From NCBI GenBank assembly GCA_963742925.1, contig CAVUNV010000008.1, positions 352,745 through 416,744 of the forward strand: DNA of 64,000 bases, written 5' to 3'. This DNA comes from an uncultured Actinomycetes bacterium (GTDB taxonomy: Bacteria; Actinomycetota; Thermoleophilia; Gaiellales; Gaiellaceae). Both the position numbers and the translations under genes were made by a program. The notes beneath the pieces are model-generated. The model saw only the letters and a program-made list of their open reading frames with translations. It was not told the origin of the DNA and made no database searches. Position 1 is the first letter of the stretch. Each line of letters opens with the position of its first letter. Below are positions 49,456 through 58,298 of the stretch, in pieces.

Positions 49456-49528
49456 TGGAGCTAGGCGGGCTCGAACCGCCGACCTCCTGGGTGCGATCCA
49501 GGCGCTCTCCCAGCTGAGCTATAGCCCC
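49456..49528 (-). tRNA. tRNA-Ala(CGC): tRNA-Ala (anticodon CGC)
   Basis: Reverse complement: GGGGCTA TA GCTC AGCTGGGA GAGC G CCTGG ATCGCAC CCAGG AGGTC GGCGG TTCGAGC CCGCC TAGCTCC A. The cloverleaf folds, the G3:U70 alanine identity pair is present, and the anticodon loop is A-U-CGC-A-C. CCA is not encoded. Confidence 0.92.
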
Positions 49529-49540
49529 GCACCGGGAAGT

Positions 49541-49825
49541 CTAGCCTGAGGCCGTCCCGCGCTTCTCGTCCAGCTTGCCGGCCTTGATCGTCTCGGCCAT
49601 GGCCTTCGACTCCTCCCGGTAGACGCTGCCGTCCTCGAACTCGATCACCGGATAGGCGCGCTGGCCGGACAGCTGCTCGATCTCGCCACGCTTGCTCTTG
49701 AACAGCGGGCCCTTGACGACGACGTACTCGATCCCGGCGTCGTCGAGCGCGCTCTGCACCTTCCAGCAGGGGTGACCCTGCATCTTGACCCAGATGTTCG
49801 AGCATCGGTGGAGCTTGACTGCCAT
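49541..49825 (-). CDS. Glutaredoxin/GST-N-like small thioredoxin-fold protein
   Basis: RBS CAGGAGGACGAG then ATG 49825. MAVKLHRCSNIWVKMQGHPCWKVQSALDDAGIEYVVVKGP...YPVIEFEDGSVY. The fold pattern has a single Cys in HPCW. Confidence 0.65.
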   Translation of the reverse strand: MAVKLHRCSNIWVKMQGHPCWKVQSALDDAGIEYVVVKGPLFKSKRGEIEQLSGQRAYPVIEFEDGSVYREESKAMAETIKAGKLDEKRGTASG

Positions 49826-49871
49826 CTCGTCCTCCTGATCCGTGGGCGGCGACGACTTACGATATCGCCGG

Positions 49872-50813
49872 GTGAGAGCACTGCGCCTCCACGCACCCGG
49901 CGACCTGCGTGTCGACGAGGTGCCGCCGCCGGATCCGGCAGACGGTGACGTGGTCGTCGAGGTCGAGGTCGCGCTGACCGGCAACGCGGAGCTCCGGGCG
50001 CTCGCGGCCGGGAGCGACGCGCTCGACGGCTCGCCGGCGCCGTTCGGTCGCGAGCTCGCCGGGATCGACACCCGCGACGGCAGGCGCGTCGTCGCTGCGG
50101 CGACCGCGCCCTGCGGGCACTGCGCGCCCTGCCTCGCCGACCGCGAGGCCCTCTGCCGCCGGCCGGCGCGGCTCGAAGGCGCGCTTGCGGAACGCGTCCT
50201 CGTCCCTGCCCGGATCGCAGAGGTCAACCTGTACCCGGTGCCGCGCGGGCTCGACCCGGCGGTCGCCGCGCTCGCCGACTCGCTCGCCTGCTGCCTGCAC
50301 GCCGTCGAGCGCGCCGAGCTGCGGCCGGGGAGCCTCGTCGCCGTGCTCGGCTCCGGGCCGATCGGGCTCCTGCTCTGCGCCTGCGTGACCGACGCGGGCG
50401 GCTACGTGGCTGCCGTCGGCGGCCGTACGTCGCGTCATTCGCTCGCGGCGACCTTCGGCGCGCGGCCCGCCGATCCGCGCGACGCCGACGTGGTGATCGA
50501 GGCGGCCGGGACCGAGCAGGCGCGCCGGGACGCGCTCGAGCTCGTCCAGCCCGGCGGCACCGTGCTCCTCGTCGGCACGACCGAGCCCGGCGAGCCGATC
50601 GCCGCCGACGCGGAGCGGATCCGCCGGGAGGAGCTGACGCTGTGCGGCGCCACCGGACACGCGCCGCGACACGTCCGGGCCGCGCTCGCCTTCCTGGCCA
50701 GCGGCGCCTATCCCTGGGAGCGGCTGATCACGCACGAGGTCTCGCTCGAGGGCGTTCCCACCCTGCTCGCCGACCCGCCCGAGGACTACCTGAAGGCCGC
50801 CGTCCGCCCTTGA
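49872..50813 (+). CDS. Zinc-type alcohol/polyol dehydrogenase family (MDR) protein
   Basis: GTG 49872: VRALRLHAPGDLRVDEV...APCGHCAPCLADREALC (structural-zinc-like Cys cluster), VAVLGSGPIGLL (Rossmann). Confidence 0.7.
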   Translation: MRALRLHAPGDLRVDEVPPPDPADGDVVVEVEVALTGNAELRALAAGSDALDGSPAPFGRELAGIDTRDGRRVVAAATAPCGHCAPCLADREALCRRPARLEGALAERVLVPARIAEVNLYPVPRGLDPAVAALADSLACCLHAVERAELRPGSLVAVLGSGPIGLLLCACVTDAGGYVAAVGGRTSRHSLAATFGARPADPRDADVVIEAAGTEQARRDALELVQPGGTVLLVGTTEPGEPIAADAERIRREELTLCGATGHAPRHVRAALAFLASGAYPWERLITHEVSLEGVPTLLADPPEDYLKAAVRP

Positions 50814-50907
50814 AGGAGGAGGGCTGCGCCGTCTGGCGGTCTTCCGGTGTGGGTAGGGTTGTCGGCGTCCGAGGCCGTTCACGAGCCGGGAGAAAGCGAG
50901 GGCGAGC

Positions 50908-52219
50908 GTGGACGACGGCGAGTTCGAGTTCGACTTCTTCTCCGAGCGCCGCACGGCGACCGGGGACGATCCGGGAGAGGTCCTCTGGGAGGAGGATCCT
51001 TCCGACCCGCACGGGTCCAACCTGCAGAGGCCCGACCTGCACGGAGTCGACCCGCACGAACCGGAGCCGCGCGTGCGCCGCGGCCCTGCGACCGCCCCGC
51101 CACCGCAGGTCGTCATGCGCCGCCGCGTTGCCCTCGCTGCTGCGATCGCGCTGCTGCTCCTGATCATCCTGCTCATCGTGGTAACGAGCGGTGGAGGCGG
51201 CGGAGGCGGCGGCTACCGCGGCTACGTGCAGAAGGTCACGCCGATCGCGTCCGACTCGGAGCAGGCCGGCGCCGCACTGGCCGCAGCCCTCGGTGGCACG
51301 CAGAGCTCGAAGGCGCTGGGCGCGAAGCTGGACGACCTGATCGCGCGGACGGTCCGCGACATCACGCAGCTGCAGGCGCTGACGCCGCCGAAGGCCCTTC
51401 TGCCGGTACAGAGCCAGGCGCTGGCGGCGCTCGACCTGCGCCTCCGCGGCCTGCAGGGGGTCCGCGACTCGCTCTCGCAAGCGTCGGGAGCAACCGACAC
51501 GTCCTGGGCGGCGGTTCTGTCCAGCCAGGTCGACGACCTGATCGCGAGCGACACCATCTGGGACGGCTCCGTGCGCGCGCCGGCCAACGGCGTGCTGCAG
51601 GCCGGCGGGCTCGGAGGCGTCGTTCTTCCCACCGTCGCGGTTCGTCACCAACGCGACCTCGCTGCGGAAGTCGATCGGCACGCGGCTCGCGGGAGGCAGC
51701 GTGGCCACGACCGGGCCCGTCCTCAAGCTCGGCGACACCGGGCCGGCCGTCACGAGCTGGCAGATCCAGCTCAACGCCTGGCTGAAGGCCACCGGCTCCA
51801 CGCAGACACCGCTCACGCCCGACGGCAACTTCGGCGCCTCCACCCAGACGACCACCCAGGCCCTGCAGACCTCCGCCGGCCTCACCCCCGACGGCATCGT
51901 CGGCCCCAGCACCCGCCAGGCACTCCACACCGCGCTCGCGGGCACGAAGACGCCCTCCTCGACCGCCACGGCGGCGCCGATCCTCAAGCTCGGCGACACC
52001 GGGCCGGCGGTCACGAGCTGGCAGACCCAGCTCAACGCCTGGCTGAAGGCCACCGGCTCCACGCAGACACCGCTCACGCCCGACGGCAACTTCGGCGCCT
52101 CCACCCAGACCACCACCCAGGCCCTGCAGACCTCCGCCGGCCTCACCCCCGACGGCATCGTCGGCCCCAGCACTCGCCAGGCGCTCCACACCGCGGTCGC
52201 GAACGGATCGAGAGGCTAG
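50908..52219 (+). CDS. Membrane-anchored protein with two tandem peptidoglycan-binding (PG_binding_1) domains (one +1 frameshift near 51634)
   Basis: Acidic N-terminus, TM helix VALAAAIALLLLIILLIVV, a G8 tract and a helical region. After the shift (ORF 51701..52219) there are two copies of LKLGDTGPAVTSWQ.QLNAWL...LTPDGNFGASTQTTTQALQTSAGLTPDGIVGPSTRQAL. Confidence 0.75.
51720..52195 (+). repeat. 261-bp-period tandem duplication (two ~215-bp copies, ~98% identical) encoding the PG-binding domains
   Basis: 51720-51934 versus 51981-52195: I count 5 mismatches by eye. Confidence 0.85.
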
Positions 52220-53085
52220 CGGCCGACGAGCGCGGCTCCGGCTTCCCGGAGGCGCTCGAGGTGCTGGTCGGGGGTCGTGAAGCCGGCCCCCATCGTCACC
52301 ACGGAGAGATGGGTCGCGCCGAGCTCGAGCCACTCGTCGGCGGCGGCCCGCCAGTCGTCGGGGCCGCCTTCGGCGACCGGAATCCGCTGCTCGATCCCGA
52401 ACTCGTCCCAGCTCCGCCCGGCCTCCTCGGCCCAGCCCCGCATCCGCTCCAGCGTCGCCGGCCAGCCGCCCTCCAGCGGTCGCTGTGGAAAGAAGCCGTC
52501 CGCGACCTGCGCCGCTCGGCGCAGAGCACGCTCCGCCGAGCCGCCGATCCAGATCGGGATCGGCTGCTGCACCGGCAGCGGGTTGAGCCCGGCCGCGGTG
52601 ACCGTGTGCCACTGGCCCTGGAAGTCGAACACAGGCTCGGTCCAGAAGCGCCGCAGCAGCTCGATCTGCTCGTCGAAGCGGCGGCCGCGGTTCGAGAAGT
52701 CCATCCCGAGCGCCTCGTACTCGACGTCGTTCCAGCCGATTCCGAGGCCGAGCCGGAAGCGGCCGCCGGTCAGGAGGTCGATCTCCGCGGCCTGCTTGGC
52801 GAGTAGCGCGGTCTGCCGCTGTGGCGCGATGACGATCCCGCTGACGAGCTCGAGCCCCGGCGCGATGCCGGCGATGTAACCGAAGAGAACGAGGATCTCG
52901 TGGAACTGGTGCTCGGAGCGGTACGGGCCGGTCAGGTGCTGGTGGCGCTCGCGGTCGGCTCCGAGCACGTGGTCGTAGGCCATCAGGTGGTCGAAGCCGA
53001 GCTCCTGGACGCCCTGGGCGAATGCCTGGACGGCGCCCCGGTCGGCACCGATCTCGACCTGCGGGAAGACGGCGCCGAGCCTCAT
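52216..53085 (-). CDS. LLM-class F420-dependent oxidoreductase
   Basis: From ATG 53085 (ATGA with the upstream stop): MRLGAVFPQVEIG...GFDHLMAYDHV...RFRLGLGIGWN...IPIWIGGSAERALRRAA. Confidence 0.8.
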   Translation of the reverse strand: MRLGAVFPQVEIGADRGAVQAFAQGVQELGFDHLMAYDHVLGADRERHQHLTGPYRSEHQFHEILVLFGYIAGIAPGLELVSGIVIAPQRQTALLAKQAAEIDLLTGGRFRLGLGIGWNDVEYEALGMDFSNRGRRFDEQIELLRRFWTEPVFDFQGQWHTVTAAGLNPLPVQQPIPIWIGGSAERALRRAAQVADGFFPQRPLEGGWPATLERMRGWAEEAGRSWDEFGIEQRIPVAEGGPDDWRAAADEWLELGATHLSVVTMGAGFTTPDQHLERLREAGAALVGR

Positions 53086-53771
53086 GCCCGTCGCTCGACC
53101 CGTGAGCCGCCGACGATCGCGTCCCGCCCCCCGGCGAAGCGCACCCACGCCTTGCCCTTGCCGTCGTAGTCCGGCGACCAGACGATCAGCGTCGCCTCCT
53201 CGCCCCCGACCCGGCACGGCTCGGTGCCCTCCGGCTCGGCCCCGCGCCAGACGACGACGAACGGGTTGTGCTCCCACTCGCGGCCGATCGTCGTCTCGTC
53301 GGTGTGGCCGGGATAGGCGCGCAGCTCGTGCGGCAGCGCCATCAGCACGTCCATCACGGACGAGCGCACCTGCTCGAAGTCGCCGCCGCCGACCGCGTCC
53401 TTGAACAGCGTGTCCCCCGTGAACACGGCCTCGCCGTTGACGACGAAGGCGAGCATGTCGTCGGAGTGGCCCGGCGTGGGCAGTGCCTCGATGGAGAGCC
53501 CGCCCGTCTCGACCGGCCCCTTCACGATCGGGATGCCGAACCGGCTCGTGAGCTCGGCGTCACCCGCGACGTGGTCGCCGTGCGAGTGCGTGGTCAGCAG
53601 GTGGGTGACCGTCAGCCGCTCGCGCTCGACGACCTGGAGCAGCGGCTCGAGCGGCGCGCCGGAGTCGACGAACACGGCCGTCCCGCCCGGCTCGTCGTAG
53701 ACGAGATAGGCGTTCGAGAGCCAACCCGAGTCCATGCTGCGCTCGACGATCACGGTCCAGAGACTACGCAT
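53082..53771 (-). CDS. MBL-fold metallo-hydrolase (glyoxalase II-like)
   Basis: From ATG 53771: LSNAYLVYDEPGGTAVFVDSG, THSHGDHVAG (H-x-H-x-D-H), TPGHSDDML, VFTGDTLF, YPGH. Confidence 0.85.
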   Translation of the reverse strand: MRSLWTVIVERSMDSGWLSNAYLVYDEPGGTAVFVDSGAPLEPLLQVVERERLTVTHLLTTHSHGDHVAGDAELTSRFGIPIVKGPVETGGLSIEALPTPGHSDDMLAFVVNGEAVFTGDTLFKDAVGGGDFEQVRSSVMDVLMALPHELRAYPGHTDETTIGREWEHNPFVVVWRGAEPEGTEPCRVGGEEATLIVWSPDYDGKGKAWVRFAGGRDAIVGGSRVERRA

Positions 53772-53886
53772 CGGCAGCAGGCGCCGGGACGACACAGGCA
53801 TACTGGCCGTGGGCTCGGGTGACCCCGCTCGCGGTCCTTCCGACAGCGTGAGAGTTCCCCGCCCCAGCCAACGAACCGTCGAGCGC

Positions 53887-54828
53887 GTGCTCACCGTCAC
53901 TCGCTCGAAGCCATTTCGCGTCGTCCTGACCGCCTGCGTGAGCCTCGTCGGCCTCACCGTCGCCGCGCTCACCGTCCGCCACTTCGTCACCAAGGGCTGG
54001 CCGCTCGCACACGCCGATCCGTTTCTCGTCGCCGCCGCCGCCGCGCTCTTCCTCGGTGCGTACGCGGCCAAGGCGTTCGGGTGGAAGCGGCTGTTCGCGC
54101 GTGATGAACGTCCGAGCGCGCCGGCGCTGGCGGCCGCGACGGGCGCCGCCACCGTGACCGGGGTCGCGCTGCCGGGCCGGTTCGACGACGTCGTCCGGGT
54201 CAGCGTCGTGCGCCGCTTTCGCACCTCGAAGGCGGGCTTCGGCGCCATCTGCCTGTCGATCGTGCTCGTCGGCTTCCTCGACAGCGCGGCGCTGATGCCG
54301 CTCGCATCGGTGGCCGCAGGGCTCACCGACGTCTCGGTCTGGCCCCGGACCGGCCTCGTCGCGGTCGCCGTGGCCGGTGTCGGGTCGACCGCGATCGTCC
54401 TCGCCATGCCCCGCCTCGAGCGACACCGGCGGCTGGCGCGCTTCCGGCTCGTGCGCTGGCTCGCCGCGCACTCGGCCGGAACCGGTGAGGCCGCGAAGGC
54501 ATGGGTCTTCATCGCCGTCTCCTGGAGCCTGCGGGCGGCCGCGCTGTACGTGCTGTTCCTCGCGCTCGGCCTCCACGCCTCGTTCGTGCTCGCGCTGATG
54601 TTCCTCTGCGCCTCCGCCGCGTCGGCCGCCCTACCGGTGGCTCCCGCGGGACAGGCGACACAGGCCGGTGCGGGCGCGGCGATGCTCGCGCTCGCCGGCG
54701 TGGGAGCCCCGAGCGCCATCGCCTTCGCGATCGCCGCCCAGGGGCTCATCGTGCTCACGGGCGCAGCGGTCGTGGTGATCGCAAGCGCCTGGGAAGCACG
54801 CGGGCGTCTCGTGGCCATCGCCCGATAG
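53887..54828 (+). CDS. UPF0104 / lysylphosphatidylglycerol-synthase-TM-like (flippase-like) membrane protein
   Basis: GTG 53887. Eight hydrophobic segments, with GRFDDVVRVSVVRRF and PVAPAGQATQAGAGAAML resembling the family's conserved loop patterns. The start is uncertain. Confidence 0.6.
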   Translation: MLTVTRSKPFRVVLTACVSLVGLTVAALTVRHFVTKGWPLAHADPFLVAAAAALFLGAYAAKAFGWKRLFARDERPSAPALAAATGAATVTGVALPGRFDDVVRVSVVRRFRTSKAGFGAICLSIVLVGFLDSAALMPLASVAAGLTDVSVWPRTGLVAVAVAGVGSTAIVLAMPRLERHRRLARFRLVRWLAAHSAGTGEAAKAWVFIAVSWSLRAAALYVLFLALGLHASFVLALMFLCASAASAALPVAPAGQATQAGAGAAMLALAGVGAPSAIAFAIAAQGLIVLTGAAVVVIASAWEARGRLVAIAR

Positions 54829-54847
54829 CGCTCCTACACTCAGACGG

Positions 54848-55156
54848 GTGCCCGCCGACAGCCGTCTTCCCTACTGGACGTGGATGCTGCCGGCGACGAC
54901 GGCCGTCGCGGCCGTGCTCGCGTGGACGATCCGGGGCGGCACGGAGCGGGGAACGTGGGTGGGCGGGCTCCTGATCGGAGCCACCGCCGTGCTCGTCTAC
55001 GCGCTGGCCCTCGAAGCGCTTCCGCACGATCGCCGTGGGCCAATGGCTGCCCTGCGGCGCGGCGTGCTCGCCGTCCTGCTCGGGTTCGCGGCGGGCGTGG
55101 CGACGCTCCTGGTCGCGGGGCTCGGCTACTACATCGCGTTCCGGCCGTTCGGCTAG
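54848..55156 (+). CDS. Small hypothetical membrane protein (3 TMS)
   Basis: ORF 54848..55156 (GTG start). Hydrophobicity is the only support. Confidence 0.45.
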   Translation: MPADSRLPYWTWMLPATTAVAAVLAWTIRGGTERGTWVGGLLIGATAVLVYALALEALPHDRRGPMAALRRGVLAVLLGFAAGVATLLVAGLGYYIAFRPFG

Positions 55157-55214
55157 GCGGCACGGAAGGACCCGGAGCGGTAGCGTCCCGGGCGTGACGC
55201 TTCGGGGATCGTGG

Positions 55215-56804
55215 ATGACCCGGGAAGCGCTCGCGGCGAGCGGCGTGGCCGCGATCCTGTCGGCCGTGCTGGTCTGGGTCGGCCCGCCGAGCGGAGACTT
55301 CGCCGCACATGCCTACCAGCGCGCGCTGTTCATCCAGCACGGCTTCGAGTTCTGGAACAACTTCTGGTACGCGGGGCGCTACAGCTTCGTCACCTACAGC
55401 CTCCTCTACTACCCGCTCGCGGCCGTGGTCGGCATCCGGCTGCTGGCGGTCGTGACCGTCGCCATCGCGACGCTCGCGTTCACGATCGTCGTCCTGCGCC
55501 AGTGGGGATCCTCCGCGCGCTGGTCGGCCCGGGCGTTCGCCGTCGTGTGGGCCGGAATCGTCCTCCGCGCGACCTTCCCGTTCGCGCTCGGTTCCGCGCT
55601 CGCGCTCCTCGCGATGCTGGCCCTGCAACGGCGGCGGCTGTGGTCGTTCGCGGCCCTCGCCGTCCTGACACTGGCAGCGAGCCCGGTCGCGTTCCTGATG
55701 CTCGCTGTGATCCTGGTAGGGATCGCCGTCGGCCGTCGGACCGATCGCCGGCTGCTGATCTGCGCCGGGCTTGCGATCGGCACCCTCGGCCTCGTCGAGA
55801 TCGTCCTCTGGCGTGTCTTCCCCGACGACGGCCACCTCCCGTTCTCGGGCTGGGACCTCGCGGCGGCGCTCGTCTTCTGCTCGCTCGGGACCGTGCTCAG
55901 CTGGGACGACGAGCGGACGCGGATCCTGCGGTTCCTGTTCCCGGTCTACGGGATCGCCTGCATCCTGACCTTCGTGATCCCGTCGGCGATCGGAGGCGAC
56001 AACGTGATCCGTCTCCGTTACGCCGCCATTCCGGTCGCGGTGCTGATCCTCGCGCTGCGCAACTGGCGGCCGCGGTTGCTCGGGGCGGTCGCGATGACGC
56101 TCGCGATCTTGTGGAACGTGACCCCGCTCGTCGAGAGCTTCGCCAGTGCCGCCAACGACCCGGCCGCCCGCGCGGCGTTCTGGGCGCCGGCGATCCAGTA
56201 TCTCCACCGGCACCTGACGCCGTCGTACCGCGTCGAGGCCGTCGACACGTCTGGCCACTGGCCCGCCTACTACCTCGCGCAGTCCGACATCCCGCTCGCG
56301 CGGGGCTGGTACCGGCAAGATGACTTCCCCCAGAACGCGCTCCTCTACGGACACCTCGGCCCGCGCGCATACCTCGCCTGGCTCCGCGGGCTGGGGGTTC
56401 GCTACGTCGTGCTCGCGAACGCGCCGCCCGACTACAGCTCCGAGGCGGAGCGCCGACTGCTCGAGAGCGGACGCCTGCCGCTGCGGATCGTGCTCGTGAG
56501 CCCGACGCTGACGATCTACGAGGTGCCGTCCCCGCGGCCGATCGTGACCGGGCCCGGGCCGTCGCGTGTCATGACGTTGCGCGAGGACAACATGAGCCTG
56601 CGGGTCGCCCGGCCGGGCACCTACCGCGTGGCCATCCGCTACTCCCCGTACTGGCACTCGTCGGTCGGCTGCGTCTCGCCGGGCAAGGACAGGATGATCC
56701 GGCTGAAGATGCCGCGCGCGGGGTTGGCCAGGATGACCTTCGACGTCGATGCGAGCGGTGTGCTCACCGAGATGGCCGGCGGCCGCCCGAAGCCCTGCTC
56801 GTAG
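55215..56804 (+). CDS. Large polytopic membrane protein, possible GT-C-fold glycosyltransferase
   Basis: From ATG 55215 in ORF 55035..56804: about 10 TMS followed by a ~190-aa soluble C-terminal domain. The architecture is typical of GT-C enzymes. No diagnostic motif was recognised. Confidence 0.65.
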   Translation: MTREALAASGVAAILSAVLVWVGPPSGDFAAHAYQRALFIQHGFEFWNNFWYAGRYSFVTYSLLYYPLAAVVGIRLLAVVTVAIATLAFTIVVLRQWGSSARWSARAFAVVWAGIVLRATFPFALGSALALLAMLALQRRRLWSFAALAVLTLAASPVAFLMLAVILVGIAVGRRTDRRLLICAGLAIGTLGLVEIVLWRVFPDDGHLPFSGWDLAAALVFCSLGTVLSWDDERTRILRFLFPVYGIACILTFVIPSAIGGDNVIRLRYAAIPVAVLILALRNWRPRLLGAVAMTLAILWNVTPLVESFASAANDPAARAAFWAPAIQYLHRHLTPSYRVEAVDTSGHWPAYYLAQSDIPLARGWYRQDDFPQNALLYGHLGPRAYLAWLRGLGVRYVVLANAPPDYSSEAERRLLESGRLPLRIVLVSPTLTIYEVPSPRPIVTGPGPSRVMTLREDNMSLRVARPGTYRVAIRYSPYWHSSVGCVSPGKDRMIRLKMPRAGLARMTFDVDASGVLTEMAGGRPKPCS

Positions 56805-56843
56805 GCTTCTCCGGCGGCCACCCGGGTTAGTAGAGTTGCGCCG

Positions 56844-57284
56844 ATGCGCCAGCGCAACGTCCTCGTCGCCGCCTCGGCGGCGGTGCTCCTCGTCGCAGGC
56901 CTCGCCGCGGGCTGCGGCTCGCAGGGCGTCGCGACGCCGACGCCGCAGACCGTCGTCGGCACCGTTCCGAAGAACACCACGCCGACCACGAAGCCGGGTG
57001 ACCCGGTCGCCGGCAAGGCCGTCTTCGCCGCCAACGGGTGCCAGGGCTGCCACACGTACACACCTGCAGGCTCAACCGCGACCCAGGGACCGAACCTCGA
57101 CAAGCTGCCCGAGTACGCCAAGAAGGCGGGCCAGCCGCTCGAGGCGTTCACGCTGGCGGCGATCACGAGCCCGCCTGCAGCCTACGTGCCCCCCGGCTAC
57201 CAGAACATCATGCCGACCAACTTCGGCGCCACGATCAAGCCGCAGGCCCTCGCGGACCTGGTCGCGTTCCTGACCAAGCCCTGA
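56844..57284 (+). CDS. Lipoprotein c-type cytochrome
   Basis: Lipobox LAAGC, Pro/Thr linker, heme motif CQGCH, and a distal Met region (NIMPTNF). Confidence 0.85.
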   Translation: MRQRNVLVAASAAVLLVAGLAAGCGSQGVATPTPQTVVGTVPKNTTPTTKPGDPVAGKAVFAANGCQGCHTYTPAGSTATQGPNLDKLPEYAKKAGQPLEAFTLAAITSPPAAYVPPGYQNIMPTNFGATIKPQALADLVAFLTKP

Positions 57285-58120
57285 CGCTGCGTCTGCCCGA
57301 GGATTTCCCGCGTGAGGTCCAGGCGTTCGCGTGCGACCTCGACCGGACGCTGATCGGCGAGGACGCGGTGCTCCGTCCGCGCACGGCGGCGGCGATCACG
57401 GCGGCGCGCGAGGCGGGCATCCACGTCCTGATCGTGACCGGGCGCATGTTCCGGTCGGTGCGCCGCTACGCGCTCGCGGCCGGGATCACCGATCCGGTCG
57501 TCTGCTACCAGGGCGCCGTCGTCGCGGATCCGGTGACCGGCGAGTTCCTGCGCCACGTCCCGATGCCCGAGCCCGAGGCGCGCGAGGTGATCGAGGCCGT
57601 CGAGGCGCTCGGCTACACGATCCTCGTCTACGTCGACGACGAGCTCTACGTGGCCGGCGAGACGCCTGAGTCGGAGGCGTACGCCGGCTTCCAGCACCTG
57701 GTCGTCCAGCCCGTCGGCGAACTGCTCGACTGGCTCCCGAAGGCGCCGACGAAGCTCGTCGTCGTCGGTGACCCGCACGAGCTGGACGGCCTCCAGGTGG
57801 AGATGAAGGCGCGCTTCGCCGGCCGCCTGTACATCTCCAAGTCGCTCCCCAACTTCCTCGAGTTCGCGAATCGGTCGGTGGACAAGGGCTCGGGCCTCGA
57901 CTTCGCCGCCGAGCTCCTCGGGCTCTCGCGCGAGCGGTCGGTGTCGTTCGGAGACGGCGAGAACGACGTCGAGCTGCTCGAGTGGGCCGGCTTCGGCGTG
58001 GCCGTTGCGAACGCGCACGAGAGGGTCCTGGCCGTCGCCGACCTCGTCTGCCCGTCCGTGGACGAGGAGGGCGTGGCACAGGTGATCGAGGCTTACCTCG
58101 CCAGTGCCGCCGCAGACTGA
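57281..58120 (+). CDS. HAD-superfamily Cof-type phosphatase (start codon unresolved)
   Basis: Motif I FACDLDRTLIG, motif II LIVTGR, motif IV SFGDGENDVELL. No ATG/GTG/TTG lies in frame between 57038 and the D-x-D motif. CTG 57281 overlaps the upstream TGA. GTG 57311 plus an indel is an alternative. Confidence 0.75.
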   Translation: MTLRLPEDFPREVQAFACDLDRTLIGEDAVLRPRTAAAITAAREAGIHVLIVTGRMFRSVRRYALAAGITDPVVCYQGAVVADPVTGEFLRHVPMPEPEAREVIEAVEALGYTILVYVDDELYVAGETPESEAYAGFQHLVVQPVGELLDWLPKAPTKLVVVGDPHELDGLQVEMKARFAGRLYISKSLPNFLEFANRSVDKGSGLDFAAELLGLSRERSVSFGDGENDVELLEWAGFGVAVANAHERVLAVADLVCPSVDEEGVAQVIEAYLASAAAD

Positions 58121-58143
58121 CACGTCCTGAGTTCTGACACCGC

Positions 58144-58204
58144 TCTGGCACTGCTCCGTAGCAGGGTCTGACCCCGGTCTGGCACTGCTCCGTAGCAGGG
58201 TCTG
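58144..58204 (+). repeat. Two 27-nt identical units (34-nt period) each containing a small hairpin, upstream of serS
   Basis: TCTGGCACTGCTCCGTAGCAGGGTCTG at 58144-58170 and at 58178-58204. Each contains the hairpin CTGCT-CCGT-AGCAG. More (T/A)GGCAC words occur at 58203, 58214 and 58255. Confidence 0.8.
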
Positions 58205-58298
58205 GCACTTGCCTGGCACTGCCGCGCCGGCGCCGGGCCACAAGGCGTGCAGCCAGGCACCACAGTGTTGCAAGGCGGCTCGGCTTAGACTCACTGGC

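Noticed and set aside
58144-58204. CRISPR-like array (repeat of 27 nt with a 34-nt period), and a window-wide CRISPR search
   Set aside because: There are only two units with 7-nt spacers, and no cas genes. No other regularly spaced repeats of 24-40 nt were seen anywhere in the window.
58203-58222. TGGCAC...TTGC resemblance to a sigma-54 (-24/-12) promoter upstream of serS
   Set aside because: The spacing does not fit GG-N10-GC: TGGCAC TTGCC TGGCAC places TTGC immediately after the -24-like element. Actinomycetota generally lack RpoN. The words are better described as a repeated motif.
58121-58298. T-box riboswitch upstream of serS
   Set aside because: The leader is only ~178 nt. I could not find the conserved T-box sequence (…GGGTGGTACCGCG-like), a specifier loop with a Ser codon in the right context, or AG/GNUGGA elements.
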